A DNA stretch of 64,000 nt from a virus, in the IMG/VR virus record IMGVR_UViG_3300030108_005626, positions 3,304 through 67,303 of that record; one strand, 5' to 3'. Shown here in pieces: positions 8,476-18,099 of this stretch. The number at the start of each line of letters is the position of its first letter. The first letter of the stretch is position 1. The position numbers and the translations under genes were made by a program. The notes beneath the pieces were generated by a model. The model ran no database searches, was not told the DNA's origin, and saw nothing but the letters and a program-made list of their open reading frames with translations.

Positions 8476-9737
8476 TGAAAGTCTTAGTGAGAGGTCCTGC
8501 TTTAACTAGAACTGGATACGGTGAACACTGCCGCTTTGTATTACGCTCTCTTCGCAAAGTTCAAGGATTAGATATTTATTTACTACCGGTAAACTGGGGT
8601 AATTCTGCTTGGGTTTGGGAAAGCAACGAAGAGAGGGTTTGGTTAGACGAAATAATTAAAAAAACTGCATTATACGGTCAACAGAATGGTCAATACGACA
8701 TGTCAATTCAAGTTACTATCCCTAATGAATGGCAGCGCATGGCGCCAGTGAATATTGGTGTAACTGCTGGAATAGAAACTACAAAAGTTGCACCTATTTG
8801 GATACAAAAGTGTAATGAAATGGATAAAGTTATAACCATATCAGAACACTCGAAAAAAAGTTTCATAAATACAATTTATGAGGGTGTAGATCAAAGAACA
8901 GGACAAAAAGCAATACTAAAGTGTTCAAATGATATAGATGTCGTTCATTACCCTGTAAAAACTTTTGACTCTTTACCTGATTTAGATCTACAACTTAGTA
9001 CTAACTTTAACTTTTTATCTGTAGCTCAGTGGGGTCCAAGAAAGAATTTAGGGTCTACTCTTAAGTGGTTCGTAGAAGAATTTTTTGACAACCCCGACGT
9101 AGGATTAATATTAAAAACCTTTGTGAGCGGCGGTTCTGTTCTCGATAGGCAGGCGATATATCAAGAACTTCAAAATACACTAAAAAAATATAAAGATAGA
9201 GAGTGTAAAGTTTACCTACTTCATGGGGATTTTAGTGATGAAGAAATGCACTCTCTCTATAAGCATAAAAAAGTAAAAGCACTTGTAAGTTTAACTCATG
9301 GTGAGGGATTTGGATTACCTCTCTTTGAGTCTGCTTATTGCGGACTTCCAGTGGTAGCTACTGATTGGTCAGGTCATTTAGATTTTCTTTACAAACCAAC
9401 AAAAAGTAAAAATGGAAAAAGCAAAACTAAACCACATTTTGCTCGTATTGAATATTCTTTGCAACCAATTCACCCTTCTGCTGTATGGAAAGGTGTGTTA
9501 CAAGCGGATTCAATGTGGGCGTATCCCCAACAGGGATCATATAAAATGAAGTTAAGACAAGTGTATAAAGATTATGGTAGATTTAAATCTCAAGCAAAAA
9601 AACTCCAAACGTGGATAGTTAAAAATTTTGAAGAACAGAAACAATATGATTGTTTTAATAATGCTATTGATGACTTTTTACCATCAAAAGAAGACAGCGA
9701 GTGGATGCAGACATTAAGTGAGATAGAAATAGTTTAA
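8475..9737 (+). CDS. GT-B glycosyltransferase (GT4-like)
   Basis: TGYGEH, RKNL and EGFGLPLFE motifs. Start placed at ATG 8475 (TAATG coupling, AAGGAGG SD). Confidence 0.9.
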   Translation: MKVLVRGPALTRTGYGEHCRFVLRSLRKVQGLDIYLLPVNWGNSAWVWESNEERVWLDEIIKKTALYGQQNGQYDMSIQVTIPNEWQRMAPVNIGVTAGIETTKVAPIWIQKCNEMDKVITISEHSKKSFINTIYEGVDQRTGQKAILKCSNDIDVVHYPVKTFDSLPDLDLQLSTNFNFLSVAQWGPRKNLGSTLKWFVEEFFDNPDVGLILKTFVSGGSVLDRQAIYQELQNTLKKYKDRECKVYLLHGDFSDEEMHSLYKHKKVKALVSLTHGEGFGLPLFESAYCGLPVVATDWSGHLDFLYKPTKSKNGKSKTKPHFARIEYSLQPIHPSAVWKGVLQADSMWAYPQQGSYKMKLRQVYKDYGRFKSQAKKLQTWIVKNFEEQKQYDCFNNAIDDFLPSKEDSEWMQTLSEIEIV

Positions 9738-9738
9738 G

Positions 9739-10602
9739 ATGAACAGTGTAATTTTTGTTGCCGATTTTTTCAAAAAAGACTTACTTGGCGGTGGCGAATC
9801 TAATGATAATGTCTTAATTAATCATTTATTATCTAACGGTTATAAAGTAGATTGTAAAAGATGCACAGAGATTACCTCAAGAGATTTTGGTAAAAATAAA
9901 CTTTTTATAATAAGTAATTTTATATCTCTAACCGAAGAGAATAAGCAAAATTTAAAAAATGAAAATTACATTATTTATGAACATGACCATAAATATGTAA
10001 AAACTCGCGATCCAAGTAAATACAAAAATTTTTTAGCAACAGAAAAAAACATAGTTAATAGTTCTTTTTACCACAACGCATATGCCGTTGTAGTGTTAAG
10101 CAAAATATGTAAAGAAGTAATAGAAAAAAATCTTAATATAAAAAATGTTTATAATATAGGTTGCAGTTTATGGAGCGAAGAAAAATTTAATTATTTATCT
10201 ACATTGACTTCTGCAAAAAAGAAAAATAAATTTGTTGTATTAAATTCTTCAAACCCAACAAAAAACACAAACGAAGCGATAAATTTTTGTAAAAAAAATA
10301 ACATTGATTTTGACTTACTTGATCCATGTGACGAGAGAAAACTTTTACAAGAATTATCTAAATATCAAGGTTTGGTTTTCTTACCTAGCGTCTTAGAGAC
10401 ATTTTCAAGAATATCTGCTGAAGCAAAAATGTTAAATTGTAAATTATTAACAAAACCAAAGTTGCTAGGATTTGCATCTGAAAAAGATATTTTCACACTA
10501 AATGGAGAGAAGTTGATTGAGCAGTTAAAATTGAGAAATAAAAAAGCTTTGCAATTATTTTTAAAACTATTAAGCGACATGAAGGTAAATAACGATGAAT
10601 AG
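9739..10602 (+). CDS. Glycosyltransferase (GT-B, divergent)
   Basis: GGGE N-terminal loop and an ETFSRISAE E-x7-E motif. Confidence 0.7.
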   Translation: MNSVIFVADFFKKDLLGGGESNDNVLINHLLSNGYKVDCKRCTEITSRDFGKNKLFIISNFISLTEENKQNLKNENYIIYEHDHKYVKTRDPSKYKNFLATEKNIVNSSFYHNAYAVVVLSKICKEVIEKNLNIKNVYNIGCSLWSEEKFNYLSTLTSAKKKNKFVVLNSSNPTKNTNEAINFCKKNNIDFDLLDPCDERKLLQELSKYQGLVFLPSVLETFSRISAEAKMLNCKLLTKPKLLGFASEKDIFTLNGEKLIEQLKLRNKKALQLFLKLLSDMKVNNDE

Positions 10603-11464
10603 TATGGCAATTGCCTCTGACCATAACGGAGTGCAACTTAAAGAAAAAGTTAAAAAATTTCTTAAAGAGCAAGGCATATTGGTAGTTGATTTAGGTCCAT
10701 ATGATCCAAATAACAAAGTTGATTATGTTGATTACGCAAACCAGTTAGGTAAGATTGTTTCAAATAATGATGTTGACAGTGGTATCTTGATTTGTGGAAC
10801 AGGTGTCGGCATGAGCATTGCTGCAAATAGAAACAACAATGTTAGAGCGGCATTGGTACACAATCACTTTACTGCACCAAAATGTAGAGAACATAATGAT
10901 GCTAATGTTCTTTGTTTGGGTAGTTGGATAACTGATGAAACAGAAACGATAAAAATTGTTTCTACATGGATAGGCACTGATTTTGGACAAGGACGCCATG
11001 TGAAGCGAGTAGAAAAGTTGGACACCAGCGCAAAAGTTAATAAAATAATCTTTACCAATGGAGTTTTTGACATATTACATTCGGGGCACATAGAATTATT
11101 AAGATTTGCAAAAAGTTTGGGTGATAAATTAATAGTTGCAATTAATTCAGACAGTAGTGTAAAGAAAATAAAAGGCGAAAACAGACCGATAAACTGTGAA
11201 AAAGATAGAAAAAGTGTATTAGAATCAATAAGTTTTATTGATGAAGTTTTTGTTTTTGAAGAAAGCAATACAATAGAGATATTAGATAAAATTAAACCGA
11301 ATATCATTGTTAAAGGAGGCGAGTGGACAAAAGATCAGGTAAGGCAAAGAGATAAAATCCCAGATCAGATCGATATAAAAATATTTCCACTTGTAAAAAA
11401 TTACTCAACTACTGAAACTATAAATAAAATAAAAGAAATAGAGTCATGGTTAAAAAAATATTAA
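10595..11464 (+). CDS. rpiB: Fusion of RpiB/LacAB sugar-phosphate isomerase and RfaE domain II (HldC-like) nucleotidyltransferase
   Basis: N-terminal ASDHNG, DYVD, ICGTGVGMSIAAN, HNDANVL, GRHxxR. C-terminal FTNGVFDILHSGH, NSDSSV..KG..RP, KGGEW, YSTT. Confidence 0.92.
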   Translation: MNSMAIASDHNGVQLKEKVKKFLKEQGILVVDLGPYDPNNKVDYVDYANQLGKIVSNNDVDSGILICGTGVGMSIAANRNNNVRAALVHNHFTAPKCREHNDANVLCLGSWITDETETIKIVSTWIGTDFGQGRHVKRVEKLDTSAKVNKIIFTNGVFDILHSGHIELLRFAKSLGDKLIVAINSDSSVKKIKGENRPINCEKDRKSVLESISFIDEVFVFEESNTIEILDKIKPNIIVKGGEWTKDQVRQRDKIPDQIDIKIFPLVKNYSTTETINKIKEIESWLKKY

Positions 11465-12216
11465 TAATTGGCGACACAATAATTGATGAGGATATTAATT
11501 TAAAAGTTATTGGACTGTCCTTAGAATCTCCAACGTTTAAAACAAAGACATCAAGTAAAAAAATTAATTTTGGAGGCGCTGCTAATGTAGCGCGATACGC
11601 TAGTAAATTTGGACTAGATGTTGATTTTTTAACTTGCATGAGTGTTGATAGTGAGAAGCACTTTAAAAATAAATATGATATTAATTTAATCAATATTGAC
11701 AATAGTGTAGAAAATAGAAAAACCAGATTTTACATCGAGCATGGAGATTCAAAATACAAACACTTGCAGATAAATGAGACTAACTCAAAAAGTGTATACA
11801 CAAACCTTCAAGAAAAAGGTTTACAAAAATATGATTTGATTGCTTTCTCTGATTACAGATGCGGATTAATTTCAAAACACATAATAGAAAAAGTAAAGAA
11901 TAGTGGTAAAAAGACTTTCGGCGCATCACAAGTTTCAGGAAAAAAATCAAATTTAAATAACTATGAAAAATTAGATTATATTGTGTGTAATGAAAGTGAA
12001 TCAGACACAGTAACCCGCAGACAAAACGTTCTAATCACCAAAGGCGATCAAGGGTGTGAAATGAACGGTACCCTATATCCAGCATATCCAGTAAAGAATG
12101 TAGAAACAATTATTGGCGCTGGCGATTGTTTTTATGCTGCATTTTTAGCATACGAATGTCCATCAAAATCTAATGAACTTGCATCAAGGTACGTAAGTGG
12201 TGATTTGTTTTGTTGA
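11446..12216 (+). CDS. PfkB-family sugar-phosphate kinase (RfaE domain I/HldA-like)
   Basis: IIGDTIID, SLESP, GGAANVA, SDY and GAGD anion-hole motifs. Confidence 0.85.
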   Translation: MVKKILIIGDTIIDEDINLKVIGLSLESPTFKTKTSSKKINFGGAANVARYASKFGLDVDFLTCMSVDSEKHFKNKYDINLINIDNSVENRKTRFYIEHGDSKYKHLQINETNSKSVYTNLQEKGLQKYDLIAFSDYRCGLISKHIIEKVKNSGKKTFGASQVSGKKSNLNNYEKLDYIVCNESESDTVTRRQNVLITKGDQGCEMNGTLYPAYPVKNVETIIGAGDCFYAAFLAYECPSKSNELASRYVSGDLFC

Positions 12217-12884
12217 TTAATGAATTAATACAATGTAACCAATCTTTGCAAAAAGAAAACTTGGTAATCTATACATGGGGTAATGTTAGCTGCCGTGAGG
12301 GTAAATATATTCTTATAAAACCCTCTGGCGTTAAGTTTGATGATCTGTCAAAAGAAAATATTTCAAAAATTGATATATCCTCTGAAGATTTGATATCCGG
12401 ATATAAACCATCTGTTGATACTCCTACACACATCCATTTATATAAAAACTTTAGAAACATCAACGCTGTAGTGCATACTCATTCAAAGTATGCTACAATA
12501 TTCGCACAAGCAAAAAAACCAATACCGTGTTTAGGTACAACACATGCAGATTATTTCTATGGAGATATTCCTCTAGTCGATGATTTATCTTACGATGAGA
12601 TTGAAAACAACTATGAGCAAAACACTGGAAAAAAGATAGTTCAATACTTTAAAAAAAATTCAATTGATCCGTTGAACATGGGCGCAGCATTGTGTCCATC
12701 TCATGGAGTTTTTACATGGGGAAAAGATTTAAGTTCTGCTTTAAAAAATGCTATAGTATTAGAATATATAGCAGAAGTTGCCTACAAAACTTTAGTTTTA
12801 AACCCAGAACCTAATTTCAATAATGAATTATTAGATAAACATTTTTTGAGGAAGCACGGAAAAAAAAGTTATTATGGACAATGA
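12210..12884 (+). CDS. araD: L-ribulose-5-phosphate 4-epimerase (class II aldolase/epimerase family)
   Basis: TWGNVS, IKPSG, PSVDTPTH, HTHS, GTTHADYF and C-terminal KHFLRKHG..YYGQ. Confidence 0.92.
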   Translation: MLINELIQCNQSLQKENLVIYTWGNVSCREGKYILIKPSGVKFDDLSKENISKIDISSEDLISGYKPSVDTPTHIHLYKNFRNINAVVHTHSKYATIFAQAKKPIPCLGTTHADYFYGDIPLVDDLSYDEIENNYEQNTGKKIVQYFKKNSIDPLNMGAALCPSHGVFTWGKDLSSALKNAIVLEYIAEVAYKTLVLNPEPNFNNELLDKHFLRKHGKKSYYGQ

Positions 12885-13287
12885 AAATATAAAATATGGA
12901 CGTCAATCTCTCCCACCAATAGATAGCGTGGTAAAAAGCGTTGAAAAATATTGGGGAGATATGAAAACTCTCTTTGAAAATGATCAATATACCGTAAAAA
13001 GAATATTTATGAAAAAAAATACTCAAAGCAGTATGGAGTATCATGTCAAGAAGAAAGAATCATATTATATTGAAAAGGGTAAACTAAAGATTGGAACTAG
13101 GATAGGTAGAGCAAAAAATACATCTTTGATATTAAATCAAGGAGATGTATTTCACATACCAGTTGGTTTTATGCATATGAGAATAGCGTTAGAGGATACG
13201 GTAATTATAGAATTTTCCACACTAGATGATGACGCTGATTCTCACATTGTAGAAGATGGAAAAACTTATATTCACAAGGAGGACTAA
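12874..13287 (+). CDS. Cupin-domain protein (sugar isomerase/epimerase-like)
   Basis: YHVKKKESY...G and P...H cupin motifs. Confidence 0.8.
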   Translation: MDNENIKYGRQSLPPIDSVVKSVEKYWGDMKTLFENDQYTVKRIFMKKNTQSSMEYHVKKKESYYIEKGKLKIGTRIGRAKNTSLILNQGDVFHIPVGFMHMRIALEDTVIIEFSTLDDDADSHIVEDGKTYIHKED

Positions 13288-13956
13288 ATGAAACTTTTTT
13301 TAGACACTGCTAATTTATCTCAAATACAAGATGCTATGGATAAAGGGGTAATTCAAGGAGTCACCACCAATCCATCACTTTTGGCAAAGGAACCAAAAAC
13401 TGATTTTTACAAACATATCAAGAAAATAGTTGATTTGTGCAAAAATTATAATAATGGTGTGCCTTTAAGTGTTGAAGTTTTTTCCATGAATCCTGACGAA
13501 ATGATTAATCAAGCAAAAGAAATAACAAAAGAACTTGACTATGATAAACTAAACATAAAAGTTCCAGTGGGTTTTGAAGAACTAAGAGTGATAAAAGAAC
13601 TGTCTCAACAGAATATAAAAGTTAATTGTACTTGCTGCTTCACTGCTACTCAAATGCAACTAGCCGCTCTGGCAGGCGCCAGATACGTTTCTCTTTTCTA
13701 TAACAGACTATATGATGCTAGTGGAGATCCGCTAAAAACTCTAAAAAGAGTAAGAACATTTATTGATAACAATAATTTAAATTGTGAAATCATTGCTGGA
13801 AGTATTAGAAATGGTTATGATTTAGAGGATGCATGGGATAGCGGAGCACACATAGTTACCGCTGGGTATGGAGTAGTAAAAAAGTCTACTCAGCATCCAA
13901 AAACAGATGAATCTGTAGATGGATTTTTAAAAGATTTTAAAGATTGGATAAATTAA
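13288..13956 (+). CDS. tal: Transaldolase (short TalC/MipB family)
   Basis: LFLDTA, GVTTNPSL, SVEV, Schiff-base Lys in IKVP, GSIR, HPKT..F..D. Confidence 0.92.
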   Translation: MKLFLDTANLSQIQDAMDKGVIQGVTTNPSLLAKEPKTDFYKHIKKIVDLCKNYNNGVPLSVEVFSMNPDEMINQAKEITKELDYDKLNIKVPVGFEELRVIKELSQQNIKVNCTCCFTATQMQLAALAGARYVSLFYNRLYDASGDPLKTLKRVRTFIDNNNLNCEIIAGSIRNGYDLEDAWDSGAHIVTAGYGVVKKSTQHPKTDESVDGFLKDFKDWIN

Positions 13957-14285
13957 TGGTTTACGTGTTTGACATAGATGGCACAATTTGCACTAATACA
14001 TATGGCGATTATGAAAAATCTAAACCGTTTTTAACTAGGATAGAGTATGTAAATAAATTGTATGATGAAGGAAACACAATAATATTCAATACTGCAAGAG
14101 GCATGGGAAGAAATAAAAATAATGCAGGTTTAGCGCATTTAGACTTTTATGATTTTACAAAAAACCAACTTGACGCATGGGGTGTTAAGTACCATCAATT
14201 ATTTTTAGGAAAACCAGCAGGGGATATTTATGTTGATGATAAAGGTTCTTTTGACAAAGATTTCTTTAAAGTTGTCGAGAGTTGA
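13956..14285 (+). CDS. Small HAD-family phosphatase (capsule-biosynthesis type)
   Basis: FDIDGT, TARG, GKP and YVDDK motifs. Start at ATG 13956 by TAATG coupling. Confidence 0.85.
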   Translation: MVYVFDIDGTICTNTYGDYEKSKPFLTRIEYVNKLYDEGNTIIFNTARGMGRNKNNAGLAHLDFYDFTKNQLDAWGVKYHQLFLGKPAGDIYVDDKGSFDKDFFKVVES

Positions 14286-14668
14286 AAGTGTTCACGAACG
14301 GATGTTTCGATATAATACATCGAGGACACTTAGAATTATTAAAATATTGTAAAACTTTAGGTTATGTTGTTGTCGGATTAAACAGTGATAACAGCGTTAA
14401 AAGGTTAAAGGGACAAGAAAGACCAATAAATAATCAATCCGATAGAAAACATTTACTTGAGTGTTTAAAGTTCGTAGATGAAGTTATCATTTTCGATGAA
14501 GATACTCCTATAAATTTGATTAATCAGATCCAACCGGATGTTGTGGTAAAAGGTGGAGATTATAAAGCAGAGGAAGTTATCGGATCAAACGTATGTGAGG
14601 TAAAAATATTTAATTATGTCAATGGATATTCAACAACACAAACAATTGAACGTATTAATAATAGGTGA
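14282..14668 (+). CDS. RfaE domain II (HldC-like) heptose-1-phosphate nucleotidyltransferase
   Basis: FTNGCFDIIHRGH, GLNSDNSVKRLKG..RP, VKGGDY, GYSTT. Confidence 0.92.
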   Translation: MKVFTNGCFDIIHRGHLELLKYCKTLGYVVVGLNSDNSVKRLKGQERPINNQSDRKHLLECLKFVDEVIIFDEDTPINLINQIQPDVVVKGGDYKAEEVIGSNVCEVKIFNYVNGYSTTQTIERINNR

Positions 14669-15401
14669 TAGTTGTATTGATATCTATCACTATGGCACTT
14701 GTGATAGATTAAGTCTAGAAGCACCAGTGCCAGTTCTAAAGCATATAGAAACCAAAGAAAAATCTGGGATGGCAATAAATGTAAAAGATAACTTTTCTTC
14801 TTTAGGTGTTGATACGTCTATAATAACTAATAATAAACAAGTAAAAAAAGAAAGGTTTGTCGATATAAAAAGTAAAAATCATTTATTGAGATTTGATTCT
14901 GGTGAGATAAAAAAATTACCGTCGATAGAAAAAGAACAAATATTAGATTATGAAATTGATTTTTTTGATGCTGTTGTTTTAGTAGACTATGATAAAGGTA
15001 GTTTGTCTGATGAAATATGCAGATTTATTTCAAAAAAGTGCTTTGAATTAAAAGTGCCATTGTTTGTCGACAGTAAAAAGACAGATCTGTCTTGTTTTGA
15101 AAATTCATTTATAAAAATTAATGACTTAGAATACTCAAAAGCATTTAAATTTCCAAAAAACTATGATTTAATAGTTACTATGGGTTCTCGTGGTGCGCTT
15201 TTTCAAGAAGTGATATATGAAACTGAACCTATTTCTGTTCACGATGTATGTGGAGCTGGTGATACCTTTTTTGCAGGTCTTGTTTACAAGTATCTTTTGA
15301 CAAATGATATTGTTGAGTCTATAAAATTTGCAAACAAATGTGCTAGAATAACTGTAACAAAAGAAGGAACTTACGCTCCAAAACTATCTGAGATCGAGTG
15401 A
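14616..15401 (+). CDS. RfaE domain I (HldA-like) heptose-7-phosphate kinase
   Basis: IIGDSCID, RLSLEAPVPV, DYDKG, DVCGAGDTF. True start may be TTG 14646. Confidence 0.9.
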   Translation: MSMDIQQHKQLNVLIIGDSCIDIYHYGTCDRLSLEAPVPVLKHIETKEKSGMAINVKDNFSSLGVDTSIITNNKQVKKERFVDIKSKNHLLRFDSGEIKKLPSIEKEQILDYEIDFFDAVVLVDYDKGSLSDEICRFISKKCFELKVPLFVDSKKTDLSCFENSFIKINDLEYSKAFKFPKNYDLIVTMGSRGALFQEVIYETEPISVHDVCGAGDTFFAGLVYKYLLTNDIVESIKFANKCARITVTKEGTYAPKLSEIE

Positions 15402-15404
15402 TAT

Positions 15405-15767
15405 ATGACATTAAAAAGTTTAAACATAAAATTTGTACCCAAAGGATGGGGATATGAAAGATGGATTGTAAACAAAGAGGAATATTGTGGAAAACTACTA
15501 TTTTTTGTTAAAGATAAAAGATGCTCTTGGCATTATCACAAACTAAAAGATGAAGTTTTTTATATACAATCTGGTAAAGTTTTGGTAAAATATTCAGATG
15601 ATGATGACATAACTAAAGCAAGTGAAGTTGTTTTATCGAAAGGAGACAACTTTCATGTATACAGAGGGTTGAGACACCAGATGATTGCCATAGAAGATAC
15701 TGAATTATTTGAATTTTCAACTCAACATTTTGATGAAGATAGTTATAGGGTTATAAAAGGAGATTAA
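15405..15767 (+). CDS. Cupin-domain protein (sugar isomerase-like)
   Basis: KGWGYE, SWHYHKLKDEVF and RH motifs. Confidence 0.85.
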   Translation: MTLKSLNIKFVPKGWGYERWIVNKEEYCGKLLFFVKDKRCSWHYHKLKDEVFYIQSGKVLVKYSDDDDITKASEVVLSKGDNFHVYRGLRHQMIAIEDTELFEFSTQHFDEDSYRVIKGD

Positions 15768-16631
15768 ATGTCTTTTATATACGAAAACAGAAAACCACCG
15801 TATAAAAAAGTTTATTTTGGAATCAATGGTCAGTTTGGTGATATTATAATGCAGATACCTGCCTTAGATCAACTGATAAAAGATAATCCAGAAACAAAAA
15901 TTGTATTTGGAATGTCAAAAAAATATGAACAAATATTACCTCTTTTTAAAGATTACCACCCTAATATAGTAGATTATAAAATATGGGAAGGGTATGATGA
16001 TTGGCCAACACAATCTGATTTGGAGTATATAAAGTCACAAAATTTTGATGCCATGTTCCCTTGCCAGATTCCGAAACACGATGATCCGTTTTTTGCAAAA
16101 CATCGGCACATTAACACGGAAACTGCTTTAATGTTGGGAATAGAAACCGATATAGTTGATATAAAGTTACCATACCCAAAAGATATTATAAAGGAACCAA
16201 AAACTGTTGCTCTACATCTATTTTCTAGTAAGTGGCCAGGTGGTATTCGATCAATTGATATTGCGAAACAAAACTTTATTGTAAATTATCTAAGGAAAAG
16301 AGGATATAAAATTTATCAATTATCAGGTCCAGGTCAACCGCATATAAAAAATACAACTTTTTTTAGAGGAACATATTTTGAAAGTTGCATGAAAATGCTA
16401 ACGACTGACTTCTTAGTGACGTGTGATTCTGGAATGCCGTGGATTGCATCTGCCTATAGTCACCATATGATAGGATTATACTCTTGGGGTTATAATCCTG
16501 AAATTGGAACAACTAAAAATTGGCAACCTGTAAATAAAAATGCAATTTTTGTAGAAAACTTTAGCGCAAACGATATTCAAATTAGTAAAATATTTAAACT
16601 TATAGATAAAAAAATAAGAGAGACGTCATGA
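15768..16631 (+). CDS. GT9-like (heptosyltransferase-family) glycosyltransferase
   Basis: FGDIIM near the N-terminus and TCDSGMPWIASA (cf. DSGxxHxAxA). Confidence 0.75.
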   Translation: MSFIYENRKPPYKKVYFGINGQFGDIIMQIPALDQLIKDNPETKIVFGMSKKYEQILPLFKDYHPNIVDYKIWEGYDDWPTQSDLEYIKSQNFDAMFPCQIPKHDDPFFAKHRHINTETALMLGIETDIVDIKLPYPKDIIKEPKTVALHLFSSKWPGGIRSIDIAKQNFIVNYLRKRGYKIYQLSGPGQPHIKNTTFFRGTYFESCMKMLTTDFLVTCDSGMPWIASAYSHHMIGLYSWGYNPEIGTTKNWQPVNKNAIFVENFSANDIQISKIFKLIDKKIRETS

Positions 16632-17491
16632 TAGTATCCTACATTACACCACCTTCAGCAAATGCTGAACCATTTTATCCTATGATGGAAAAAAAGGGAG
16701 TTAAAGTTTATTTTAATTCCATTCATCCTGATTGTGACTTTATCATTAGTACAATGCCCACTGGTTATTTTCATTTATTAAAAATGTTTCATGAAACGTT
16801 CCCGGAAAAACCTATAATTATATACTTATGGGATATGTATAAAACAATTCACAAACCTCCATTTAAATATGATTGGCAAGCGCACATTGATATACTGCAT
16901 AAGGCAAAAGAAATTTGGTGTCCATCAAATGAAGTTATAAAAAGAGTTGCAGAAGAAGGAGTGGATAACTCTAAGTGTAGATTAATTAAGACTTGGGCAA
17001 GATTCTTTGATTATGATGGTGAAATAGTTGACAAAAGATATATATTACAACCATTGCGAGCATACACTAATGATAAAAACTATGGTTGGTTGAAGAAAGC
17101 TGCTGAAGAATTAAATATACCAGTGTTTGAATCAAAAAATAGATTGTCAGAAGAGGAATTTCAAAGGGCAATAGCGGAATGTAGTTTTATGTGTTGTGAG
17201 TATCACGAAACATCAACTGGTGGTTTAACATTGATAGAGGGATATAATCTAGGTAAAGTTTCGGTTGTGAGTAATTCACCATATGAGGGAGTCAGAGATT
17301 ATTTAGGTGATAAAGCAATATACTTTAATGACGACAGTTATGAAGATTTTAAATCTGTGATAAAGGAAACGTGGGAAAACACTCCGGTGCTAGATTTGCA
17401 GGAATGTAGAGAGTTTTGTAGAAATCATCCGAGTTTAGATGACATGGTTGACGCTATGGTTAAAAGATTATATGCTTTGAGTGAAGAATGA
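16628..17491 (+). CDS. Probable glycosyltransferase (GT-B, divergent)
   Basis: ETSTGGLTLIE motif resembling ExFGLxxxE, plus operon context. Confidence 0.6.
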   Translation: MIVSYITPPSANAEPFYPMMEKKGVKVYFNSIHPDCDFIISTMPTGYFHLLKMFHETFPEKPIIIYLWDMYKTIHKPPFKYDWQAHIDILHKAKEIWCPSNEVIKRVAEEGVDNSKCRLIKTWARFFDYDGEIVDKRYILQPLRAYTNDKNYGWLKKAAEELNIPVFESKNRLSEEEFQRAIAECSFMCCEYHETSTGGLTLIEGYNLGKVSVVSNSPYEGVRDYLGDKAIYFNDDSYEDFKSVIKETWENTPVLDLQECREFCRNHPSLDDMVDAMVKRLYALSEE

Positions 17492-18087
17492 CAAAAGTTC
17501 ATATTGCAACCGCAAGACCTGTGGGTTTAAAATGTATTGAATGGGCAAAAGATAACTGCCCTTCTGGTTTTGAACTAACGGAAAATATTAATGAATGTGA
17601 TATAATTATATCCGTATTATATGATAAAATATTTAAACCAGGTATTGTTAATAATAAAAAATGTTACAACATACATCCAGGCATATTACCTGATTACAAA
17701 GGAGTTGGGATATGTAGTTGGGTGATATTAAATGAAGAAGACTACATGGGTGCAACTTTACATGTGATAAATGAAGGAGTAGACACTGGAAACATAATAC
17801 ACATTGAAAAATTTTTAGTAAAAGATCAAGATACTGCGTATTGTTTGTTTAATAAAGTTGAAAAATTGATTTATAATATGTTTAAAGAGTGGTTTGTGGA
17901 CTTGTTAAATGAAAATTTTATTAGCACACCTCAAACTAATACAAATAACGTAACGTATAAAAGAAAAGACTTACAGTCAGCAATGGATCTTACTAAGTTT
18001 GTAAAAGCATTTTATTTTCCCGGTAAACCCGCTGCTTATTATTTTGACAGAAACGGTGAAAAAAAACATATAGATTTTGATTATTAA
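17488..18087 (+). CDS. N-formyltransferase (nucleotide-sugar)
   Basis: NIHPGILPDYKG and GATLH...GVDTG formyltransferase motifs; short, lacking the Fmt C-terminal domain. Confidence 0.88.
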   Translation: MTKVHIATARPVGLKCIEWAKDNCPSGFELTENINECDIIISVLYDKIFKPGIVNNKKCYNIHPGILPDYKGVGICSWVILNEEDYMGATLHVINEGVDTGNIIHIEKFLVKDQDTAYCLFNKVEKLIYNMFKEWFVDLLNENFISTPQTNTNNVTYKRKDLQSAMDLTKFVKAFYFPGKPAAYYFDRNGEKKHIDFDY

Positions 18088-18099
18088 AGAGGTTAAAGA

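Noticed and set aside
13288-13956. Transaldolase, RpiB and AraD as classical pentose-phosphate auxiliary metabolic genes (cyanophage talC style)
   Set aside because: They are interleaved and translationally coupled with heptose kinase/nucleotidyltransferase genes, RpiB is fused to one, and no zwf/gnd/cp12 is in the window. A biosynthetic role fits better, though it is not proven.
14616-14668. Programmed frameshift fusing HldC to HldA
   Set aside because: The overlap is explained by an ordinary TTG start at 14646; no clear slippery heptamer or stimulatory structure was seen.
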